Source of the DNA: a virus
Taxonomy: Duplodnaviria; Heunggongvirae; Uroviricota; Caudoviricetes
IMG/VR virus record: IMGVR_UViG_2925891887_000008
Reading direction: 5' to 3' (one strand)
DNA length: 38,557 nucleotides
This document shows positions 9,277 through 19,110 of this stretch, piece after piece. Both the position numbers and the translations under genes were made by a program. The notes under the pieces are model-generated. The model worked only from the letters and a program-made list of their open reading frames with translations. It was not told where the DNA came from and ran no database searches. Numbering within the stretch: the first letter of the stretch is position 1; each line of letters begins with the position of its first letter.

Positions 9277-10449
9277 TTACGCGCTGACCTGGCTGGAGAA
9301 ATTCACCAGGTACTGATCGGTGATGCGCTGACGCAGCATCAGGTTTTCAAGTGGCGGCACTGGTGTGTAGTCGTAGTCGATGGTGAGTTTTCCAGCTTTC
9401 AGAGTGTCTTTGTCGTTCACCGACTCATCCAGCCAGCAATCGCCACCAATGAGATAGCCCTGACTGATCAGGCTGCGCATTTTGGCGCGGATACCTTCGA
9501 TAATGTCGCGGGCCAGCGACGGATTCAGCGGTTTGTCGACAGCCCACATTGGCGCTTCTGCCATCGTGTCCATCAGCACCTGCGCCGTGCGGGTGTTGTT
9601 TTCGAAGGCAAAGAGTGGGTCATCACTCAGACAGCGGGAACCCCAGAAGCGAAAGCCGTCTTTGCGGATAAGTGTGGTAACATCGTTCTGGTTAAGCAGT
9701 CCCGCATCAGTTGCCGGGTCCTGCAGATCCCAGAACACATCAGCAGAAATTCCAGTGACACCGTTCACGCCCACGTTGGACAGGCTTTTGTGCCACCCTG
9801 TCTGCTCATCAATTTTGGCACGCAGACCAAGCGCACGGGCGGTGGCATATGCCGTTGCGTCGGCATTCAGCACCGTGTCCCAACCAGTAAAGTCAGGCCA
9901 AATCAGCATCCCTTCACGCTGACTGAAGTTTTCACGGTAAGTGATCGCCTCCTGCACCGTCTTGCAGCCATACGCTGACAGGTAAGCAAACCCACGCAGG
10001 CTTTGCGCCACGCCCAGCAACTCAGTAGCAACGGCTTTATTATCGTGCCCCGGCACGCCGAGGATGCGCGGTTTAACACCGAGCTGTGACTGGGCAGATA
10101 ACAGGGCTTTCATACCAGTTTTTTTACCTTCAGCAGTCACTGCGCCGATGATATTGGTCGTGGTTTCTTCTTCCGTTTCACCCTGCGGCACACGCACAAC
10201 AACGGTCACGGGTTTTGCCTGGTCAGCGATGGCATCCAGCGAGCGGGCCAGCGTACCGGATTCACCCGCCTTACCGCTGGCAGTAAGCACATCAGTGATT
10301 AGCACGGGTTTATTAAGAGGGAACATTTTTGCATCGGCATCATCGCCCGTGCAGACCATGCCCACGATGGCGGTGCTCACCGTGGTAATGGATCGAGTGC
10401 CTTCGTTGACTTCAACAACGCGCACTCCGTGGTGGTAATCCTGAGCCAT
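9277..10449 (-). CDS. FI: Contractile tail sheath protein FI
   Basis: 390 aa (P2 FI is about 396 aa), syntenic and first gene of the F operon. Confidence 0.85.
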   Translation of the reverse strand: MAQDYHHGVRVVEVNEGTRSITTVSTAIVGMVCTGDDADAKMFPLNKPVLITDVLTASGKAGESGTLARSLDAIADQAKPVTVVVRVPQGETEEETTTNIIGAVTAEGKKTGMKALLSAQSQLGVKPRILGVPGHDNKAVATELLGVAQSLRGFAYLSAYGCKTVQEAITYRENFSQREGMLIWPDFTGWDTVLNADATAYATARALGLRAKIDEQTGWHKSLSNVGVNGVTGISADVFWDLQDPATDAGLLNQNDVTTLIRKDGFRFWGSRCLSDDPLFAFENNTRTAQVLMDTMAEAPMWAVDKPLNPSLARDIIEGIRAKMRSLISQGYLIGGDCWLDESVNDKDTLKAGKLTIDYDYTPVPPLENLMLRQRITDQYLVNFSSQVSA

Positions 10450-10525
10450 AGTGGCGAACCTCCTGATTGGATTAGGCTTCGCCCTATGTTGAAGTGATTG
10501 TGTCTGACAAGCAGCTAAGCGCAGT

Positions 10526-10543
10526 TGTACCGTTATTCACACA
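10526..10543. promoter_or_regulatory. Candidate Ogr/B activator site of late promoter PF
   Basis: TGTACCGTTATTCACACA is a TGT-N12-ACA dyad centred about 86 bp upstream of the FI ATG. It is nearly identical in its half-sites to the dyad at 23729-23746. Confidence 0.5.
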
Positions 10544-10555
10544 AAATGACGGTAT

Positions 10556-10969
10556 TTATCTGCTTGCAGGGAAAACAGGCCAAATAATATCAGGTGCGGT
10601 GCTGGTATCTGTTGCCGTCACAGCCTCGATATAATCCAGCACAACGTTAAGTCGGGTAGTTTCCTCTTGCGTCAGTTTGCGCCCGGCCTGCAGCTTTAAC
10701 TGAATCACGCTGATATTGACCATTGCTGCGTCTATCAACGACTGTTTTTTCTGTTCAGCGTCAGCTACCAGTTCATCATGAGAACGTTCCGGAGTGGGTG
10801 GTGCAGTAAATACCCCGTCTGAATACGCCCAGCCGATTCCGGGCTGCTCACTGATATCAGAAATATTAATGAGCTGCAGATTATCCGGCACAGTGAATTC
10901 ATCCTCGCCATCCCAGACAATGACATTCACAACCATCCCATTTTCAATAACTGCATATGACGCATTCAT
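10556..10969 (-). CDS. G: Tail fiber assembly protein (gpG/Tfa family)
   Basis: ATG 10969 overlaps the H stop codon (TAATG) and gives 137 aa. The C-terminus ...LNVVLDYIEAVTATDTSTAPDIIWPVFP is typical of Tfa chaperones. Confidence 0.75.
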   Translation of the reverse strand: MNASYAVIENGMVVNVIVWDGEDEFTVPDNLQLINISDISEQPGIGWAYSDGVFTAPPTPERSHDELVADAEQKKQSLIDAAMVNISVIQLKLQAGRKLTQEETTRLNVVLDYIEAVTATDTSTAPDIIWPVFPASR

Positions 10970-12888
10970 TATGCAAACTCCTCGATAATACAAACCCCAT
11001 CAGCACCTTTCCCGCCCGTCATACTGGTTCCGCTATAACCTGCATCGTATGCACCACCTCCGCCTGAACCAAATGCCCTGCCTCTAACGCCACCGCCAGC
11101 GCCTGCGCGTCCACCGCCACCCCAGTACGATGTTCCGCCTTCACCGCTGACGCCGATATTTCCGGACTGACCGTCGCCTCCATCTCCACCAGTGATGCGG
11201 ATATCGCCAGTACTCGGCACACCTCCGTTACCGCCGTTTGTGTTTGTAACACCCACTTTCCCGCCACCTTCGCCACCAGGAGCAATTAACGATGCGAATA
11301 CGCTATTCCCGCCCCTGGTGCCGTTCGTTGCACTAACACCACCGGCCCCACCTGCGCCGATAGTGACTGGATAACTATTCTGTGTCGGGGTCATTATTGA
11401 AATTATTGTTCCACCGGCCCCACCGCCAGCACCGAAAAACGTTTCATTATTGGATGTAGCCTTGCAGCCGCCCCCTCCGCCACCGCCGCCCGTTATTGTG
11501 ACCCTGATCCGTTTTGTTTCTGGTGATGGGGTATACGTACCTGATGACGCGAAAGCCCGGGTACTCAGCCGGCGTCCCACGTATCCGCTTGTATCTCCCA
11601 AACCAAGATAACGAATAACCTCCTGTTTGCTTGTTTTAGCCAGAATATCCCGTCCAACATTAGTCAGGGTTGTCAGGCTGGCTGTATCATTCCCCGTAAA
11701 ATACGGTAGTTTGTCTGCCGCAGTGGCAAGGCCTGCCAGTGCGGTCAGTGTGGCGTCGGCAGGTTGTTTTCCATTGGCAAGGTCATATACAGCCTTCACA
11801 GCTTTTGGTGTGGCAGCCTGCGTTTCTGACGTGCTGTTAGTGGCGCTGCTGAGTTGCACGGTACCTTTTACCGTCAGTGAAGCTGCAGGCACATCCGTTA
11901 TCTGGCTCCACGGGTGCGTGTGACTGACAGGTGCCTTACCTGCTGCAAGGTCATATGCCGCCTTCACTGCCTTTGGTGTGGCAGCCTGCGTTTCTGACGT
12001 GCTGTTAGTGGCGCTGCTGAGTTGCACGGTGCCTTTTACCGTCAGTGAAGCTGCAGGCACATCCGTTATCTGATTCCACGGGTGTGTGTGACTGACAGGT
12101 GCCTTACCTGCTGCAAGGTCATATACAGCCTTCACTGCCTTTGGAGTGGCAGCCTGCGTTTCTGATGTGCTGTTAGTGGCGCTGCTGAGTTGCACGGTGC
12201 CTTTTACCGTCAGCGAGGCTGCAGGTACACCTGTTATCTGATTCCACGGGTGTGTGTGACTGGCGGATGCTTTACCTGCTGCAAGATCATATGCAGCCTT
12301 CACAGCCTTCGGTGTTGCGGCCAGTATTTCGGATTCACTGTTGGTCGCACTGCTTAACTGAGTAAAACCTTTTGCGGTCAGCGAGGCGTCCGGGTGACGT
12401 CGTGACTGTTCGTGCTCTGATATTTTGTCATCCACATACTTGCGGGTTGCCAGCACTACAGCAGGGTCGATTTTCAGGATGATATTGTCCGTACTGCTGG
12501 TAATCAGCACCATGCGCACGGTCTGGGTACGCCCACTGCCTTCAGCCAGTTGCGGCTTATAGCTTTCCGGGCAGTTACCCACGGCAATCAATGCCCCGGA
12601 CTCATCAAACAAGCCCACTTCACGTATCCACCAACCGCCCTCGTTTTCAGGGATCACCTGTTCAGCAATAATCTGGCTGCTGTTCTGCGGGTCGATATAA
12701 AGCATATTCAGCGCAGCCCGGCGTTTCTCATTTACCAGTGCCGTCTGCTTTGCGTCCGGCGTTGGCAATACTCCGCCGCCATCGCCCACCGCCATATGGG
12801 TAATTTTTAGCGGCACACCGAGCGCGGCGGCGCTGGCAAGTTTCGCCGCGCCAATATCCGTCAGCAGGGTATAAAATTTTGTGCTCAT
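10969..12888 (-). CDS. H: Tail fiber protein H
   Basis: 639 aa. The N-terminal 170 aa resemble P2 gpH (MAVGDGGG..., EHEQSRRHPDASLTAKGFTQLSSATNS). These are followed by 56-aa repeats with an SHTHPW motif and a glycine-rich C-terminal domain. Confidence 0.9.
   Translation of the reverse strand: MSTKFYTLLTDIGAAKLASAAALGVPLKITHMAVGDGGGVLPTPDAKQTALVNEKRRAALNMLYIDPQNSSQIIAEQVIPENEGGWWIREVGLFDESGALIAVGNCPESYKPQLAEGSGRTQTVRMVLITSSTDNIILKIDPAVVLATRKYVDDKISEHEQSRRHPDASLTAKGFTQLSSATNSESEILAATPKAVKAAYDLAAGKASASHTHPWNQITGVPAASLTVKGTVQLSSATNSTSETQAATPKAVKAVYDLAAGKAPVSHTHPWNQITDVPAASLTVKGTVQLSSATNSTSETQAATPKAVKAAYDLAAGKAPVSHTHPWSQITDVPAASLTVKGTVQLSSATNSTSETQAATPKAVKAVYDLANGKQPADATLTALAGLATAADKLPYFTGNDTASLTTLTNVGRDILAKTSKQEVIRYLGLGDTSGYVGRRLSTRAFASSGTYTPSPETKRIRVTITGGGGGGGGCKATSNNETFFGAGGGAGGTIISIMTPTQNSYPVTIGAGGAGGVSATNGTRGGNSVFASLIAPGGEGGGKVGVTNTNGGNGGVPSTGDIRITGGDGGDGQSGNIGVSGEGGTSYWGGGGRAGAGGGVRGRAFGSGGGGAYDAGYSGTSMTGGKGADGVCIIEEFA
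11770..12384 (-). repeat. About 3.6 tandem copies of a 168-bp (56-aa) unit inside H
   Basis: SLTVKGTVQLSSATNSTSETQAATPKAVKA[AV]YDLAAGKAPVSHTHPW[NS]QITDVPAA is repeated almost exactly. Near-identical DNA blocks are visible at 11.8-12.3 kb. Confidence 0.85.
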
Positions 12889-13490
12889 GGATTCACTCTC
12901 ATTGTGTCAATAACATGGACCGCCCCGCCTTCATGCGCGGTGCCACCGGAAATAATCGTTTCGTTGATATACGGATAGATCGTGATTTCTTCGCCAAGAT
13001 AGCTGGCGGCTCCCACCCAATGCGGGCCGCTGGTCTGCAGATTGATGGACATGCCGATCATGTGGCGGCTACATGGTTTGGCATCGCTTATCAGTCGCTC
13101 AAGTTCCAGATAGGTATCTTCAGTGATACCCTGGTCCTGCACGCCGATATCCAGGCGAAACGTGCCCGGTGCCTCTCCGGTCTGCCACCACTCAATAATG
13201 CGGATCAGAAAGCCGAACGGCTCCACCACCCGCCGCACGGCACTGGTGGTCCCTTTATGCTGATGAATATAAAAAGCATCCTTCACCACCTGGCGCTTGA
13301 CGCTTTCTGTCCAGCCCTCGTCCCAGCGATCTACAGAGAACGCCCAGGCGAGATAAGGCAGGAAACTGACCGGACAGGTTGCCGGATTCCACAAGTCACG
13401 AAGCGGCACCTGCAGATCAGAAATCCCGCTGCAGGTTTGCGCCAGTCGGCGCTCCAGTGGTGTTGAACCCGGTGGCAGCAGACTATTCAT
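12885..13490 (-). CDS. I: Baseplate/tail fiber attachment protein I
   Basis: 201 aa, syntenic between J and H, with overlapping stop and start codons. Confidence 0.75.
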   Translation of the reverse strand: MNSLLPPGSTPLERRLAQTCSGISDLQVPLRDLWNPATCPVSFLPYLAWAFSVDRWDEGWTESVKRQVVKDAFYIHQHKGTTSAVRRVVEPFGFLIRIIEWWQTGEAPGTFRLDIGVQDQGITEDTYLELERLISDAKPCSRHMIGMSINLQTSGPHWVGAASYLGEEITIYPYINETIISGGTAHEGGAVHVIDTMRVNP

Positions 13491-14391
13491 CCGTTCCTCC
13501 GTTGGTTACGCTCCACTGCGTACATGATGCCGCCTGTGTTTTGTTCAGGACCACATCCTCCAGAGGAGAAGCCAGCTCCACACGCTGCACACCCTCAACA
13601 TGCAGGGCGGCAAAGATGGCGCTACGGCGAATATCCCGACCAAGACGCGTCTGACTGGCGATGTACTTCTGCAGGCTGGCTTTTGCCGCTGCCATTACCG
13701 GCTCTGCTTCCGGTCCAGGATAGAGAAAAATGGTGGCTTCCACGCGATACGGGATGATTTCTGCGCTGCGAACCGTAAGACGGTCAGCCACCGGGCGGAC
13801 GTTCTCACTGTTCAGAGCTTTTTCCACCACGTCCAGCAGGTCTTTTTCTGCAGTTCCGTCGCCTTCGCGGCTAAGGACAGTCAGCACCACCTCTGCAGGT
13901 GCCGGGCTGGTTGCACTGGCATCCGCCACCCGACCGTCGGCGCTTCGGGCATGAAATTCATAAGCTGCAGTTGGCCCCGCAACTGAAAGCCCTTCAAAGG
14001 CTGCAGGCACACGCAGGCGTAACGCTTCATCGCTTTCCATCACAGCTGCAACGGGCGGCACAGCGTCATTATCAGCAGGCGTCACCGTCAGGCGTTTCAC
14101 GTTGTAGTTGGCAGCGAGCTGGTCAAGATCGCTGCCCATCGCGTAAGCCACCATCACAGCCTGCGCGGCTTCGTTAATGCGCTGGCGCAGAAGCAACTCA
14201 CGGTAAGCGTTCTCCTGCAGCAATTTGGTGACGGGTTCAGATTCCAGTTCCAGCGTGCGGATCACTGCTTCCTGCTCATCTTTCGGATGAAGCGCAACAA
14301 ATCCGGCCTTGCGTTCGGCAAGCAGCGTCTCAAAGTCCGGCACATCCACAATCTGCGGCGCAGGCAACTGCGAAAGGTCAATCACTGCCAT
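13483..14391 (-). CDS. J: Baseplate wedge protein J
   Basis: ATG at 14391 (MAVIDLSQLPAPQ...) gives 302 aa, the size of P2 gpJ. The track start at 14430 is a less likely upstream extension. Confidence 0.8.
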   Translation of the reverse strand: MAVIDLSQLPAPQIVDVPDFETLLAERKAGFVALHPKDEQEAVIRTLELESEPVTKLLQENAYRELLLRQRINEAAQAVMVAYAMGSDLDQLAANYNVKRLTVTPADNDAVPPVAAVMESDEALRLRVPAAFEGLSVAGPTAAYEFHARSADGRVADASATSPAPAEVVLTVLSREGDGTAEKDLLDVVEKALNSENVRPVADRLTVRSAEIIPYRVEATIFLYPGPEAEPVMAAAKASLQKYIASQTRLGRDIRRSAIFAALHVEGVQRVELASPLEDVVLNKTQAASCTQWSVTNGGTDE

Positions 14392-14737
14392 TCTCTGCTC
14401 CTGTTGATACTGAAAGGGACACAGGCACACCGTTATTCCGCCGCCCGGTCAGCTCCACCACCATTGAACCGTCAAAATTGCTGTTAATAGTGATGGAATC
14501 CAGCGTCAGCCGTGGCTCCCAGCGACTCAGTGCCACATACACAGCCGACATAACCTGCAGGCGTAACGCCGGATTTTGTGGCTGATCTATCAGTGCCGAC
14601 AGCAGGGAACCATATTCCCGACGGGCAATGCGGCTACCCTGCGGCGTCAGCAGAATGTCCCGCACCGACTGGCGCAGATGGTCAATATCAGTAATGGCTT
14701 TACCGTTGGTATTGTTCATCCCGCTATAAAGCGTCAT
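14378..14737 (-). CDS. W: Baseplate protein W (gp25-like)
   Basis: 119 aa, syntenic between V and J. Confidence 0.8.
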   Translation of the reverse strand: MTLYSGMNNTNGKAITDIDHLRQSVRDILLTPQGSRIARREYGSLLSALIDQPQNPALRLQVMSAVYVALSRWEPRLTLDSITINSNFDGSMVVELTGRRNNGVPVSLSVSTGAENGSD

Positions 14738-15312
14738 ACCGGGCCTCCGGTTGTGTCGCCGCCTTTCAGGACGCCAGTATGCTGATGCGCATCAACCACG
14801 ATCCCGTTAGAACTCATTGCTCCGCCGCCCTGGGTAACGCCACCATTGATCACCACTTCGCTGTTAATGCGCGTGCGGTCAGCCTCCAGTACAAACTCAC
14901 TGGTTTTCATGGTGATGTTGTCAGCGGCCTCAATGACCATTGATTTGATGCCCCTGACATACCAGCGCCCGGTGGCGGGTTCATATTCAAACCAGCCACC
15001 GTCCGGGTATTCCGTCACGTTGCCGTCCTCAGAGCCTGAAGGTGGCGGAAACTGGTTTGAGTAGACCGCAGGCAGGGCAAACGCGGTTTCCAGATTGCCG
15101 CCAAGGCTGAACAGCACAACCTGCTCACCCACAGACGGTTTCCACCAGGTGCGCGATTTGCCCGCGCGCAGTGTCAGCCAGTTAATCCAGTTGGTTTCGA
15201 GGTCGCCAGTTTTCACCCGACACAGCCAGTTTGCCCTGTCCACTTCGGTGACTACACCTGTGCGGATCAGGTTGGTGATAAGGCGCATGATTTCGGTTAA
15301 TTGTGCGTTCAT
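14734..15312 (-). CDS. V: Baseplate assembly/spike protein V
   Basis: 192 aa. It shares the RTW...WxPSVGEQV core with P2 gpV (SRTWWKPSVGEQVVLFSLGGNLETAFALPAVYS). Confidence 0.85.
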   Translation of the reverse strand: MNAQLTEIMRLITNLIRTGVVTEVDRANWLCRVKTGDLETNWINWLTLRAGKSRTWWKPSVGEQVVLFSLGGNLETAFALPAVYSNQFPPPSGSEDGNVTEYPDGGWFEYEPATGRWYVRGIKSMVIEAADNITMKTSEFVLEADRTRINSEVVINGGVTQGGGAMSSNGIVVDAHQHTGVLKGGDTTGGPV

Positions 15313-16147
15313 AGGGAAAGGTTGCCATCAATAGCAAGCAGTAGACAGCCTTTGTAATTGTATTAGACATAGAACAAATGCCTTTCAATGGTCTGCGTTA
15401 GAGCATTAATACGTTGCAAAAGGTCGAATGACGTTGCGCAAGTTAAGAAGTTCAATGCTCTTAAAAAAGCACTTGAAAGCAACGCCTTTAATTATTAAAA
15501 GCCAATTAATTTAGGCGGTTACTATGTTATCTTTGACACAAAAGATGTTTATTGACAATATATAAGTTCAATCTAACAAGGAGAAAAATTATGCCAAATG
15601 AAAATCTTGATATTGACTCAAGGACTACCGAGCAATTATACGAATGGTATTTGCAAGGAAATTTGATAGTCAATAGACGTTATCAAAGGAAACTTGTATG
15701 GTCTCTAGAAGAAAAGACTTCTTTAATATCTTCTATGCTGCAACAATATCCTATTCCGTTATTATTATTTGTTACCATCAATGAACAAAGAGAAATATTG
15801 GATGGAATGCAAAGATTAGAAGCAATTATGAGCTTCATCGAACAGAGATTTTCATTAGATGGACAATATTTTGATTTGGACTCTATAGCTTTAACAAAAC
15901 AACTTAAAGATAATGGAACTTTAATTCAGAAAGAACCAATCCTTTCCCGTGATTCTTCAGCAATTATTGCACGTTATCGATTTGCAATATCAGAATATAG
16001 CTCCACAAATGAAAATATTGACGAAGTATTCAGACGAATAAACTCAAACGGGAAGATTTTATCCAAACAAGAATTACGTAGTGCAGGAACAGGGTGATGC
16101 TGCCAACTTACTGATTTAGTGTATGATGGTGTTTTTGAGGTGCTCCA

Positions 16148-16423
16148 GTGGCTTCTGTTTCTATCAGCTGTCCCTCCTGTTCAGCTACTGACGGGGTGGT
16201 GCGTAACGGCAAAAGCACCGCCGGACATCAGCGCTATCTCTGCTCTCACTGCCGTAAAACATGGCAACTGCAGTTCACTTACACCGCTTCTCAACCCGGT
16301 ACGCACCAGAAAATCATTGATATGGCCATGAATGGCGTTGGATGCCGGGCAACCGCCCGCATTATGGGCGTTGGCCTCAACACGATTTTCCGCCATTTAA
16401 AAAACTCAGGCCGCAGTCGGTAA
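16148..16423 (+). CDS. insA: IS1 InsA
   Basis: 91 aa, [32 protein letters not shown]..., recognised as InsA. Confidence 0.95.
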   Translation: MASVSISCPSCSATDGVVRNGKSTAGHQRYLCSHCRKTWQLQFTYTASQPGTHQKIIDMAMNGVGCRATARIMGVGLNTIFRHLKNSGRSR

Positions 16424-16845
16424 CCTCGCGCATACAGCCGGGCAGTGACGTCATCGTCTGCGCGGAAATGGACGAACAGTGGGGATACGTCGGGGCTAAA
16501 TCGCGCCAGCGCTGGCTGTTTTACGCGTATGACAGGCTCCGGAAGACGGTTGTTGCGCACGTATTCGGTGAACGCACTATGGCGACACTGGGGCGTCTTA
16601 TGAGCCTGCTGTCACCCTTTGACGTGGTGATATGGATGACGGATGGCTGGCCGCTGTATGAATCCCGCCTGAAGGGAAAGCTGCACGTAATCAGCAAGCG
16701 ATATACGCAGCGAATTGAGCGGCATAACCTGAATCTGAGGCAGCACCTGGCACGGCTGGGACGGAAGTCGCTGTCGTTCTCAAAATCGGTGGAGCTGCAT
16801 GACAAAGTCATCGGGCATTATCTGAACATAAAACACTATCAATAA
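16342..16845 (+). CDS. insB: IS1 InsB frame (the transposase is made as InsAB' by a -1 frameshift)
   Basis: 167-aa InsB ORF. The A6C slippery run at 16399-16405 lies in the insA/insB overlap. Confidence 0.95.
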   Translation: MPGNRPHYGRWPQHDFPPFKKLRPQSVTSRIQPGSDVIVCAEMDEQWGYVGAKSRQRWLFYAYDRLRKTVVAHVFGERTMATLGRLMSLLSPFDVVIWMTDGWPLYESRLKGKLHVISKRYTQRIERHNLNLRQHLARLGRKSLSFSKSVELHDKVIGHYLNIKHYQ

Positions 16846-18218
16846 GTTGGAGTCATTACCCAGGAACAGTTAGTAACTTCTCTGAACTGGTCAGATCGAT
16901 ATCAACATCGATCAGAGGTGATACTAGCCATTCTGACATTATGAATCTCCAGCAAATGCACAAAATTTCAATCAGTAACGATAGATTGGAGTACGGGGTA
17001 AATATCGATAACCACTTTTATATAAAACATCATATTTTAACAAGACGAAGTATTCGTGATTCTGATGACGAGGAATTGATAGCCAATATCCTTGCATATA
17101 TCAGTCTAGAAGAAAAACCCACATCTGGGTCAACTTCTCTCGACACATTCTATGGTCAAGGAAACTCCTCTCATGCTCATGGTGTCAGACAGCAATTAGA
17201 GTCTTTCATTCAAACCAATAACGCTGCCACTATTAAGCAGAATTTCATAGCTGTATATGAATTAATTACAAGCCTATATGACGGAAAAAATGATACTTTT
17301 AGAAGCCATATTTTAGGGGAGGATAATTCATCTCAAGAATGCCCTCGTTATTATCAAGCTGTGTTTTTGTCTATTTATGAACTTCTTTTCAACCAAAATA
17401 TGCAATTAATTGATAAAGAAGGTTTATTCTCGCAATTAAAAAACACTGGCAATACCATAATTATGGTTACCGATGGTGGCCGCTGGGCTGCAAGCACTCG
17501 TGAAAAAAGTGTTAATGATCTTGTTGCATTAATAAGTCGTTACTTCCAACCTGCTCCTCAAAAGTATGTGAATCATGCTTGGGTAACTGAAATTCGCAAT
17601 CTATTAACAAATTCTAGAACTGAACAACCAAGTTATGATTTCAAACAAGGGTTCTTTAATTTATCAGGTAAAAATGAATTTGATGATGAATGTTTAAAAG
17701 GAATATTACAAACTTGCGTAGCAATAAATAATATTGGAAAAAGCGCAAAAGGCTATATTTTAGTTGGTATTGCCGAAAATAAATTAACCGCAGATAGAAT
17801 TCAACATTTATATGGAGTAAATTCAATTGAGTTCAATGGGTTCTATATAAACGGAATTGATCATGAAGCAATGTTAGTCTCTGGTAGCATTGATGATTAC
17901 TTTATGTTAATAAAACAAAAAATACAAGGATACAATTTCACTGAAACTCTAAAACAGCAGATACTTAAGAATATTGAGTTTTGCTCTTACAATGGCTTAC
18001 ACATACTCAAGATAACTATTCAGAGCACAGGTCAAATTTGCGACTTTGAGAATATGTTTTATATCAGACAAGGCTCATCGACTGATCCAGTTACGGATAC
18101 ACAAAAAATCTCAGCTCTATTTAACTCTTACATGAACAGCTAATCAATCGCCATCTCCACTGGAGCTGGCTTATGGATAAAAACAAAAGACGAGAGGGCT
18201 ATTTAAACCTCCTCGTCT

Positions 18219-18665
18219 TTATTTTGATAGCTCCTCCTTTATGCTCATAATAATATTTTCTTCTGTTTTATAAGATAAGCCCAATAAAGTACGTTGCGGA
18301 TATTTCGCGATTAAACCTTTTTTATTTACCCGATCACGCAGGCCGTAATGGTGAACACGGGCAATACGCTGTACCATACCTTCAAACTGCACGCTGGCAG
18401 AATCGGCGCTGGCGGCAGTTTTCAGGTATTTTGTGGTGCGAAGCTTTGTAAACATCTGACGTTTGATGCGCCCCTTTTTACTACGTGCTGTTACCCTTCG
18501 CGGTTCATAGCTGCTGCCATCAGGATTACGCTGCATCCTGATGTTCTGCTGCTGTGTCCGGCGCAGTTCCTGCGCCAGCTGGCGCATCATGCGGCTTCTT
18601 GCGGCTGGCTCCAGATTCGCCAGCAAGGCACTCAGCCAGTCGTCCACCTTCTGCAATTCAGCCAC
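18219..18665 (-). CDS. S: Tail completion protein S
   Basis: 148 aa with a GTG start, syntenic after R (P2 gpS is about 150 aa). Confidence 0.8.
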   Translation of the reverse strand: MAELQKVDDWLSALLANLEPAARSRMMRQLAQELRRTQQQNIRMQRNPDGSSYEPRRVTARSKKGRIKRQMFTKLRTTKYLKTAASADSASVQFEGMVQRIARVHHYGLRDRVNKKGLIAKYPQRTLLGLSYKTEENIIMSIKEELSK

Positions 18666-19110
18666 GTTTCACCGTCCACATTTCTTCAGGTTCATCGGGT
18701 TCCGCTACAGCTTCAACACTCGACACACTGCCGTCAGTGCTGACCAGCACACGCTCCGTCAGTTGCAGGTTAAGGCTGATATCACAGACATCGTTGCGCA
18801 AAATATCCACCTCAAAGGTGAATAACTTTTCCCGTAACGCCGGGTTATTGATGGCATCAGGCTGGTTATCCCGCAGCCACAATAAAACCGGGGCCATCAG
18901 CAGATTCTGGTCGCCGCTGAAATCCTCAATCACCGCGTTCAGGGTGTAACGGTACTCCCACGACATGGAGCTGGCCCCCGTGGCAACCAGCGAACCGTTA
19001 TCCACAAACAGATGCAGTTTGTCCGGGTTATTGCGGACATAAGGCACTGCTTTATTGAGGGCGTGGCGCAGGGACTGTGGTTTGTTCACTGTTTCGCTCC
19101 TGACACGCAA
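18658..19110 (-). CDS. R: Tail completion protein R
   Basis: 150 aa, syntenic after the lysis genes (P2 gpR is about 155 aa). Confidence 0.8.
   Translation of the reverse strand: MRVRSETVNKPQSLRHALNKAVPYVRNNPDKLHLFVDNGSLVATGASSMSWEYRYTLNAVIEDFSGDQNLLMAPVLLWLRDNQPDAINNPALREKLFTFEVDILRNDVCDISLNLQLTERVLVSTDGSVSSVEAVAEPDEPEEMWTVKRG

Larger units (their letters stand above)
16093..16860 (+). mobile_element. IS1 insertion sequence (768 bp)
   Basis: Starts GGTGATGCTGCCAACTTACTGAT and ends ATCAATAAGTTGGAGTCATTACC, the canonical IS1 inverted repeats. It is exactly 768 bp and is flanked by the 9-bp direct duplication CAGGAACAG (16084-16092 and 16861-16869). Confidence 0.97.
15591..18143 (+). pseudogene. 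DUF262 (ParB/GmrSD-type N-terminal) plus AlbA_2/Schlafen-like C-terminal fusion gene, interrupted by IS1
   Basis: The N-terminal fragment (ATG 15591, AAGGAG 7 nt upstream) has YQRKLVW and DGMQRL DUF262 motifs and is truncated 5 nt into IS1. Removing IS1 and one copy of the 9-bp duplication joins it in frame to the 16941-18143 ORF, giving 591 aa. The C-terminal region YDFKQG...KGYILVGIAEN...MFYIRQGSSTDPVT fits the AlbA_2 pattern. Confidence 0.75.

Noticed and set aside
11770-12384. Regularly spaced direct repeats considered as a possible CRISPR-like array
   Set aside because: The units are 168 bp, contiguous without spacers, and in frame inside the tail fiber gene, so they are protein repeats. 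The 9-bp PPQ repeats at 27529-27573 are likewise coding microsatellites.
15359-15376. TGT-N12-ACA dyad (TGTATTAGACATAGAACA) upstream of V as a possible Ogr site
   Set aside because: Its half-sites do not resemble the TTGTACCG...CACACAAA sites at PF and PO. Its centre is only about 55 bp from the V ATG, which would leave no leader, so it is probably a chance match in AT-rich DNA.
16119-16811. Several 70-96 aa alternative-frame ORFs inside IS1
   Set aside because: IS1 coding capacity is fully accounted for by insA and insB, and these are known non-coding frames.
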